The notes under the pieces were generated by a model. The model was not told the DNA's origin and ran no database searches. It worked only from the letters and a program-made list of their open reading frames with translations. This document shows, piece after piece, positions 53,867-64,000 of a DNA stretch of 64,000 nucleotides; the first letter of the stretch is position 1, and every line of letters starts with the position of its first letter. This DNA comes from Eledone cirrhosa. Lineage: Eukaryota. The stretch lies in NCBI GenBank assembly GCA_964016885.1, contig OZ024740.1, positions 423,026,001 to 423,090,000 on the forward strand, read 5' to 3'. The translations under genes were made by a program, and so were the position numbers.

Positions 53867-55375
53867 TTACCTAGACTACGTGCTGCCTCACCCCTCCCAC
53901 TCTGGAATAGGACATCAGAGGCAATCACATGGTTCCGGGACTTGCCCGACAAAAGCAACACCCGCTTCCTGCAGCTAGACATCGAGGACTACTACGCCTC
54001 CATATCAGAGAGCCTGCTGATTGACGCGATTAACTTCGCCAGGAACTTTACCACAATCACCGAAGCCGAGCAGGATGTGATCCTCCATGCACGTAAGACT
54101 TTTCTTTACCATGACAGATCCCACTGGATCAACAAAAAATCTGAGACCCCCTTCGACGTTAGCATGGGCGCTAGCGACTCAGCTGAAATAAGTGACCTTG
54201 TGGGTCTGTTCATCCTCCACAGGTTGAAGACCCTCTTCACAGGCCTCTCCGGCGGTCTCTACCGAGATGACGGCCTCTTTGCCCTCCACAAAATCAACCC
54301 CAGGACCACGGATGGGTTCAGGAAAAACCTTTACACCTTCTTTAAAAACTTAGGCCTTAGGATTACCTTAGATTCGAACTTAACTAAAGCTAACTTCCTA
54401 GACGTTACCCTCGACTTAGAAACTTCCCTTTACTACCCGTACCACAAACCTAATGAATCCCTTAGATATATAGACGTTAATTCTAAACCCCCCCCCCCAA
54501 AAAAAAAAATATATTAGACAGCCTAGTGAAAAGTGTCTCCATTAGGATATCTAGCCTCGCCGCCAATGAAGATATCTTTAGAGCAGCAGCCCCCTATTAC
54601 AACGAGGCCCTGGTCCGCAGCGGCTTTAGAGATAAGATCACCTACCTTAGTATAGCCCCACGCCCACCCAGGAAGAATAGGCGAAGGCACATTAGCTGGT
54701 ACAACCCCCCCCTTCAACCGCGAAGTTTCAACACCTGTAGCTAAAATTTTCTTCACTCTCTTACAAAAACACTTCCCCACCCAACATAGGTACTATACAA
54801 TCCTTAATAAGAATACCATTAGACGCTCTTACTCTACCACACCTAATCTAGCTAGGAACTTAGCCAACAATAACGTCAAGAAGCTAAATAAGTCTACTTT
54901 TTCCGAAGCCCATCCAGCAACCGATGGCAATTGCAATTGCCCTGATAAGACTACCTGCCCCCTCAACAACAACTGTCTAAAAAAAGATCTCGTCTATATA
55001 TGCGATGTACTCTCAGGCCCCGATGAAAAAAGAAACTCGTACATCGGGATGACTTCTAACAGTTTTAAGACTCGCTGGTACGCCCACACACATTCGTTCC
55101 GGCGCCCAGACAAATCTAACCAAACAACACTCGCCGCCCACATCTGGCACCTTAAAAGGAACTCCATCCCCTTCAAGACCCAATGGAGACTACTCCAGAG
55201 AGCGCGATCCTACACGGGAGGCCATAATTGCTGTGACCTCTGTATCTCCGAGAGCTATGAGATTCTATTCGCCAAAGGCCCTCTCCTTAACACGATCTCG
55301 GAACACTCCCCTAATTGCATGCACAAGAACTATGCAAATTACAAAAACTACAGACTCACCCGGCCCCCCGATTGC
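53867..55375 (+). pseudogene. Penelope-like RT (partial) + C-terminal GIY-YIG endonuclease, two frameshifts
   Basis: [87 protein letters not shown]. Frameshifts fall at homopolymer runs near 54490-54509 and 54705. Confidence 0.9.
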
Positions 55376-56024
55376 CCCTCCCCCAATATCACCACCCCAC
55401 CCCGTCCCCCATCCCACTTCCGTCCCTCCATCTCTCATTATTACCTCCTTTCCTCCCCTCTATCTCTCATTATTACCTTCTTTCCTCCCCTCCAGGTCTT
55501 ATATATTGTGTTGTACCTCTGAGTAAGGTTCCGTGGCCGCACACACAAATTCACGTATATATCTGCTCATGTTTGCATACGTGCAGTTATGAACTACTGC
55601 ACGCACACGTTCGAGATTTATTTATTTATCTATTTATTTGTATATTTATTTATTTATTTATTTATTTATTTATTTGTTTATTTGTTTATCTGTTTGTTTG
55701 TTTGTTTGTTAGTTAACTCATTTATTTATTAATTAATAAGTGAATGATTAAGTAATGAATAGATAAAAGATAAAAGATAGGTAATGAATAGTGAATGGTA
55801 AATAATAAATAATAATTAATTACTTGATGATAATATTAATAACTTAGTAGTGATAATTATTATTTTAATCCTCTATCAGGCTCAGTTTATAATTTGTCCC
55901 ACTACTTTTTCCCAATATATTATAGATACATGTATGTGTGCGAACGAGTGCGTGTATGTGTATATGTGTTTATGTGTATGTATTTGTATGTGTGTATGTG
56001 TATGTATGCGTGTGTGCATGTATA

Positions 56025-56068
<44 letters not shown>

Positions 56069-56480
56069 TCCTCTCCCCCACCCCTCTATCCACACACGCA
56101 CATACACTCCGACCTACACCCCACCCCACACACACCTCTTCCTGAACATGCAACCCCGTTCTTCCCCCAACCCTTGCTTTCACATACACACACACACACA
56201 CACACACACGTACACCTACACACACACACCACCTTCAGCCCTCCCCGCTCGGACACCCCGTCTCCCTCTCCTCACTCCATCCACCACCACCACCCCTACA
56301 CACCCCTCACCCTTCCACCACCTGTTTTACCCCTTTTTAATTTCAGTTTATTCTGATCATGCTTTTATATTTATTTTTATTTTTAATTTCATTCGCACCG
56401 TTTCCTCCCACCCCCTTTTCGCTATATGTCTCTCCACCACTCCCCTACACACCCTTTGAACTCTCTTCCCACACACTTCT

Positions 56481-56512
56481 CACCTGAGGAAGGGTTTATG
56501 CCCGAAACGTCG
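56481..56512 (+). ncRNA. Hammerhead-like motif (core and stem II only)
   Basis: CTGAGGA-AGGGTTTATGCCC-GAAACGTC. Stem II GGG/CCC is present, but no convincing stem I partner was found. Confidence 0.4.
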
Positions 56513-56586
56513 TTCCCCACAACCACCCCACTCTCCAGAGCGTGAAATTAATAAACTTTTTTCTTGTGTGTATATATATATATATG

Positions 56587-56633
<47 letters not shown>

Positions 56634-56928
56634 AGATATGCACATATATATATATGTGTGTGTAAGTGTTTATGTATGTGGTTGTGAGTATGTAAATATA
56701 TCTCATTCTTTCCATTCTACAAAAACACTCTGGCCACCTGTAGCTTGTATGTTAACTTGACCACTCACCTCAGTCTGTGCCATGATTCGGTCTTGTTTAT
56801 TTTCTAATACCAACCCACCTAAAAAAAAATATAAAAAAAAAATTTCCCTACTATATATCTGTTGAATTACTATTCTTGGGGTTTTTATTTATTTTTATTT
56901 ATTTTTATTTATTTATTCATTTATCTAT

Positions 56929-56959
<31 letters not shown>

Positions 56960-57167
56960 CTTATTTATTTACTTTTTCTTTTTCTTTTCCTTTTATTTTA
57001 CAAAAGCACTCTGGCTAATTGACCACTCCCCAAAGAAAAAACGGCCTGTGACATGTTGTGGTCCTGTGTATCTAAATACCATCCTACCCCCCAAAATCCC
57101 CCCCCAGCCACCACCCCTCCCTTACCACTACCTAAATGTATAAATACCAGAACTTAATATGACACCC

Positions 57168-57218
57168 AGCTTCCTGAAGATTTCATCTGAATGAAACAGT
57201 ACTAGTCCTGTAGAAGCT
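57168..57218 (+). ncRNA. Type I hammerhead ribozyme at PLE 3' end
   Basis: AGCTTC-CTGAAGA-TTTCATCTGAAT-GAAACAG-TACTAGTC-CTGTA-GAAGCT. Predicted cleavage after 57212. AATAAA follows shortly downstream. Confidence 0.82.
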
Positions 57219-57295
57219 CCTTCTATACAATAAATATATATATATATATATATTTGTATATATATATATACATACACAGCCACTATCATGTAGAT

Positions 57296-57326
<31 letters not shown>

Positions 57327-57370
57327 GCGTGTGCATGTGTGTGTGTGTGTGTGTGTAATAATTATGATAA

Positions 57371-57563
57371 AATAATTGTTTCTACTTTTGGCACAAGGCC
57401 ATCAATTACCCAGTACATTACTGGTACTTTATTTTATCGACCCCGTAAGGATGAAAGGCAAAGTTAACCTCGGCGGGATTTGAACTCAGACCGTAAAGGG
57501 AGGACGTAACTATGCTGGAAAGCATGGCGTCCGACCCTCTACCGATACTGCCAATCCACACCC
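57371..57563 (-). mobile_element. tRNA-derived SINE with Pol III A and B boxes and Nin/Deu-like core
   Basis: Minus strand: A box TGGCAGTATCGG (57553-57542), B box GAGTTCAAATCC (57487-57476), then GCCTTTCATCCTTACGGGGTCGATAAAATAAAGTACCAG. Confidence 0.85.
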
Positions 57564-57797
57564 GTGGTATGCGCTCGGCTAGGTATACCGGCATTATCTT
57601 TCAGGAATCTCCCCTCCACTCCAATGCAAAGATACCGCACTCCCTCTCAAGTCAGCGAGGATGTGTGTGGAGGAGGGGGGGGGGGTTAACGTGCTCTGAT
57701 GTTGGGTTTGAATAGTTAAAAATCGTACTCAGTAGTTTTGCAAGGACCTGTATGGCACACTGATGATGTAATGCAATGTGGATGCAATCAGCTTGGG

Positions 57798-57927
57798 AAG
57801 AGTTGAAATTAATACATGCAAGATTTCATAGCTCTAGCATCACTCCTTCCAAGTCAGCCTATGAACCTTTCAGCCTACTCTCGTATATATTTACACAGCT
57901 CCGTATATATACCTCACACTCTCTTTT

Positions 57928-57961
<34 letters not shown>

Positions 57962-58300
57962 AAGAGGGGGTGAGTGATACATGTGTATTCCTATACACAC
58001 CGTAAGTAGACTCTCAAACACACCTATTACGGGAGATAATCAGGGAATGAAGTTAAGAAGAGTAGCCTCCCTTAAAAGTTAGTTGTTCGGAAATTGAGAA
58101 CATTTTTACTGTAAAATGTTTGCAAAATGCTTCTGATTGCAAACATTTTACAGTAAAAATGTTCTCAATTTCCGAACAACTAACTTTTAAGGGAGGCTAC
58201 TCTTCTTATCTTCATCCCCTGATTATCTCCCGTAATAGGTGTGTTTGAGAGTCTACTTACGGTGTGTATAGGAATACACATGTATCACTCACCCCCTCTT

Positions 58301-58373
<73 letters not shown>

Positions 58374-58504
58374 AAAAAGAGAGAGTGAGGTATATATACG
58401 GAGCTGTGTAAATATATACGAGAGTAGGCTGAAAGGTTCATAGGCTGACTTGGAAGGAGTGATGCTAGAGCTATGAAATCTTGCATGTATTAATTTCAAC
58501 TCTT
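57798..58504. repeat. Large inverted duplication (arms 57798-58125 and 58137-58504, 11-nt spacer)
   Basis: The arms are reverse complements apart from a few substitutions and different (TA)n/(GA)n lengths. Confidence 0.95.
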
Positions 58505-58613
58505 ATTAATAACTGCACTGTTTCTTTCCAGAGACGATGTTGAAAAATAAACCTCATTTGGTCATGCCATGAAAGTATCTTGGTCAACCTATGAACTTTG
58601 AAGGTGACTCTCG
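58419..58613 (+). mobile_element. Mariner-type MITE or internally deleted remnant
   Basis: TA-CGAGAGTAGGCTGAAAGGTTCATAGGCTGAC ... GTCAACCTATGAACTTTGAAGGTGACTCTCG-TA: imperfect TIRs with TA flanks. Confidence 0.6.
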
Positions 58614-58620
58614 TATAATA

Positions 58621-58940
58621 CATACTTCATGGCTGCCTCCTCGTTATCGAGTATGGCCATTGCACGATATAACATTAGTAATAATTATTAATTAATGCTT
58701 TTGTGCAATAGCTGTGCGTGAAGATCTTTTTAAAGAGAGGAAAGACTGTGCACTGAGTCAATCCCTCTCTCTCTCTCTCTGAACGACAGTAGCTATAACC
58801 CGAAAAGAATAAAAGATCAACATCATCGGTAACTACTGAGCTGCAGGTTTTATGTCGAAGTTATCCCAGTATCCTGAGTTGCCTTCTCCTACAAGAATGC
58901 CCTGACAAAGGCTAGGGGTAACTTCACTCCCAGTGGTTTA
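58621..58940 (-). mobile_element. Diverged non-autonomous RTE-derived element, copy C
   Basis: Shares ATGGCTGCC.CCTCGTTATCGAGTATGGCCATTGCACGA with the RTE-BovB tail at 49650, and TCAACATCAT..GCAGGT..CCTTCTCCTA..TGACAAAGGCTA with copies A and B. Confidence 0.65.
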
Positions 58941-58989
58941 ATCGCGCGATTGGGTATCCAGCCCGACTATTTCTATGTCCCCGCACATA

Positions 58990-59404
58990 TACATACATAC
59001 ATACATGGTGGCTGCCAACTCATTTTCGAGTACGGCCACTACTTTATATCCATGTAGGAGAACCCCTACCGATGCGCTGAACGAGTGTGGCTTTTTAGTC
59101 CAACCAGCGACTTGAAAACTCTGGTACTTGTGACAATTATTGACACATAGTGCTGGGCCCATGGTACCATGTGATGACAAGTGCAGAGAGATCTCCAGAT
59201 ATAAAGCAATGCCTGTGCCGTGAAGCTTTTATAGTGAGCAAAGGCACTGCACAAAGCCAGTCCCACTCTCTTAACCAAGATGATATTTACCAAAAAGAAG
59301 AACAATTCAACATCATTGGATACCATCAGGGTTGCAGGTGTTATATCAGAGTCTTCCTTCTCCTAGAATTCTGCCTTGACAAAGGCTAAGGGGTCATCTC
59401 TCCC
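58990..59404 (-). mobile_element. Non-autonomous RTE-derived element, copy B, in (ACAT)n
   Basis: Near-identical to 48993-49414 except for an 11-nt deletion and a few substitutions. Bounded by (ACAT)n on both sides. Confidence 0.85.
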
Positions 59405-59445
59405 ATACATACATACATACATACATACATACATACATACATACA

Positions 59446-59476
<31 letters not shown>

Positions 59477-59481
59477 CTATA

Positions 59482-59631
59482 TGGCGTTAGAAAGGGCATC
59501 TAGTTGTAGAAATCAAGACAAAAACAGTTCTGAATGAGCAAGACAAGATCACCTGACCTGGCATTTCTCACAAGACAACTCGTCTAACCCACGATAGCGT
59601 TGAAAAATGAATGTTAAACGGTGATGATGAT
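59482..59631 (+). mobile_element. Short RTE-type 3' end remnant with (GAT)n tail
   Basis: GGCGTTAGAAAGGGCATCTAG..CGTCTAACCCA..TGTTAAACGGTGATGATGAT resembles 48066-48215. Confidence 0.6.
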
Positions 59632-59712
59632 ACACACATACAAACACAAACACACACGTGCGCACACACACACACATATATATATACACATATATATACA
59701 TATACACACACA

Positions 59713-59767
<55 letters not shown>

Positions 59768-59779
59768 TTAATATAGATG

Positions 59780-59830
59780 AGATTCTACAGGACTAGAACT
59801 GTTTCATTCATTAGAAATCATCAGGAATCT
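59780..59830 (-). ncRNA. Type I hammerhead ribozyme (PLE-associated)
   Basis: AGATTC-CTGATGA-TTTCTAATGAAT-GAAACAG-TTCTAGTC-CTGTA-GAATCT. Stem I covaries with the other two copies. Confidence 0.82.
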
Positions 59831-60009
59831 GGGTATCAAAAAATAAATATGGTATTTATAGGTCTCTACAAGTGGTAGGAGAGGGTGGGAAGTTGGATGG
59901 GTGCAGGTCATTGGTTGATAGAAAAGGGAATTCATTAAAAGCTAATTCTACAAAGCTATAGTTAATTTTTATTTTTATTTATATTTATTTATGTTTTTAG
60001 AGCAACAAG

Positions 60010-61236
60010 AAATCTCAGACCCCATTTGACGTTAGCATGGGGGCGAGTGACTCGGCCGAAATTAGCGACCTTGTGGGCCTGTACATCCTACATAACCTGA
60101 AGAACCTCTTTACCGGCCTAACTGGAGGTTTATACCGAGACGACGGCCTCTTCGCCCTGCATAAGGTTAGCCCCAGAACCACCCATGGGTTTCGGAAAAA
60201 CTTAAGCTCTTTCTTCTCTAATCTAGGATTTAGTATAACTATAGATTCTAATTTGACTAGGGCCAACTTCTTAGATGTCACTCTCGACCTAGATACTTCC
60301 CTCTATTACCCGTACCACAAACCTAATGAGTCCCTTAAATATATTAATGTTAATTCAAACCACCCCCAAAACATTACTGATAACCTAGTAAAAAGCGTCT
60401 CTATTAGAATATCTGGCCTCTCCGCCAACAAAGATATTTTTAATGCATCTGCCTCCTACTACAATGACGCCCTAGCCCGTAGCGGATTTAAAGATAAGAT
60501 AACTTACCTAGAAACCACCGCAAAATTGCAGAGGAGGAATAGACATAGGCAGATTAGCTGGTACAACCCTCCCTTCAATAGAGAGGTATCTACTCCGATA
60601 GCTAGGATTTTCTTCACTTTACTGAAATTACACTTCCCCATACAACATAGGTACTACACCATCTTTAATAAGAACACTATAAGACTTTCTTACTCCACCA
60701 CACCTAACCTAGCTAGGAATATAGCCAACCACAACTCTAAACTAAATAAGCCAACCACCTCCGAAACCAATCCCCGGACTGGGGCTCTATGTAATTGCCT
60801 AAATAAGGAAGCATGCCCACTAGAAAACAAATGCCTCACAAATGACATCGTATACAAATGCGATGTCATCTCGGGCACCGAGGATTGCAAAAAAACTTAC
60901 ATCGGCATGACCTCCAACACTTTTAAGACCCGCTGGTATGCCCATACCCACTCCTTCAGAAGACCGGATAAATCAAATCAAACAACACTCGCCTCCTACG
61001 TTTGGGACCTCAAAAGGAACTCCACCCCCTTCACGCTTAATTGGAAAATACTCCAGAAAGCGCGCTCTTACAACGGAGGACACAAGGGCTGCGACCTTTG
61101 TATTTCAGAGAGCTACGAAATTTTATTCGCCAAGGGCCCGCTACTGAACAAACTCTCTGAACACTGCCCGAACTGCATGCACAAGAACTTTGCAACATTC
61201 AAACACTTTAAGCCAGTGTTAAAGCCCGATGGCTAA
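60010..61236 (+). CDS. Penelope-like RT C-terminal half + GIY-YIG endonuclease (uninterrupted, 5'-truncated)
   Basis: 399-aa ORF 60037-61236 plus a few upstream in-frame codons: [69 protein letters not shown]. Confidence 0.88.
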   Translation, partial: KSQTPFDVSMGASDSAEISDLVGLYILHNLKNLFTGLTGGLYRDDGLFALHKVSPRTTHGFRKNLSSFFSNLGFSITIDSNLTRANFLDVTLDLDTSLYYPYHKPNESLKYINVNSNHPQNITDNLVKSVSIRISGLSANKDIFNASASYYNDALARSGFKDKITYLETTAKLQRRNRHRQISWYNPPFNREVSTPIARIFFTLLKLHFPIQHRYYTIFNKNTIRLSYSTTPNLARNIANHNSKLNKPTTSETNPRTGALCNCLNKEACPLENKCLTNDIVYKCDVISGTEDCKKTYIGMTSNTFKTRWYAHTHSFRRPDKSNQTTLASYVWDLKRNSTPFTLNWKILQKARSYNGGHKGCDLCISESYEILFAKGPLLNKLSEHCPNCMHKNFATFKHFKPVLKPDG

Positions 61237-61379
61237 AAACGACCTCCCCCTACTGGCCCCTATACCTCCTCCCCACCCTACCCCCACCCCTCCTCAACCT
61301 GAAATACGGCCACTATGGTCATGTGAGTACCTCTTTCGTATCTACATTTTCTGCCTGTAGAGGTGTCTTTATGTGCCTG

Positions 61380-63860
<2,481 letters not shown>

Positions 63861-64000
63861 ATGTGTCTGTTGATTTTGGCATATTGTTGATTAGTTTAAG
63901 AGAAGTTCGAAGATAATAGTAAGATATGCACTCAGTATTTTGAATCTGTCTGCAGAATTCCCTAGACCTTTGTCACTTAGTAGAACCTTAATGACTTTAG

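Larger units (their letters stand above)
53788..57240 (+). mobile_element. Penelope-like element 1 (5'-truncated RT + GIY-YIG EN, long 3' region, inverted copy of its 3' end at the 5' junction)
   Basis: 53788-53866 is the reverse complement of 57161-57240, and the ORF fragment lies between them. Inverted 3'-end copies upstream of truncated ORFs are known for Penelope-like elements. Confidence 0.85.
59765..61320 (+). mobile_element. Penelope-like element 2 (inverted 3'-end copy + truncated RT/GIY-YIG ORF)
   Basis: 59765-59890 on the minus strand is homologous to the element 1 3' end (57110-57240), and the ORF follows. Confidence 0.85.

Noticed and set aside
55850-57143. Host exons in low-complexity ORFs
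   Set aside because: Composed of microsatellite and C-rich tracts with no domain evidence.
57470-57563. tRNA gene
   Set aside because: A and B boxes are present but no cloverleaf was found, and the sequence continues into a SINE core.
53867-61236. Naiad-type (N-terminal EN, selenoprotein) PLE
   Set aside because: The GIY-YIG domain is C-terminal, no in-frame TGA interrupts the conserved ORF, and hammerheads are present.

Overview
Eukaryotic, gene-free, repeat-dense window. The TE repertoire and the dense (TA)/(CA)/(ACAT) microsatellites suggest a marine invertebrate, probably a cephalopod such as Octopus; this is inference. Bases 1-32956 are one head-to-tail array of an 85-bp purine-rich satellite (about 388 copies) containing nested multi-kb block duplications. 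The last monomer reads in frame into a degenerate RTE-like LINE ORF2, and the monomer translates as the LINE's EN-RT linker, so the satellite appears to have been amplified from retrotransposon coding sequence. The remaining 31 kb is nested transposon debris: a near full-length Tx1/L1 LINE inside a GA-rich minisatellite, a CR1-like fragment, two RTE LINEs, a complete DD37D (maT) Tc1/mariner element, tRNA-derived Nin/Deu-domain SINEs, bipartite RTE-derived non-autonomous elements and two Penelope-like elements (RT + GIY-YIG). The Penelope-like elements carry three hammerhead ribozyme copies that show compensatory base changes. Near-perfect fold-back palindromes are also unusually frequent. No host protein-coding gene, rRNA, tRNA or CRISPR array is supported.
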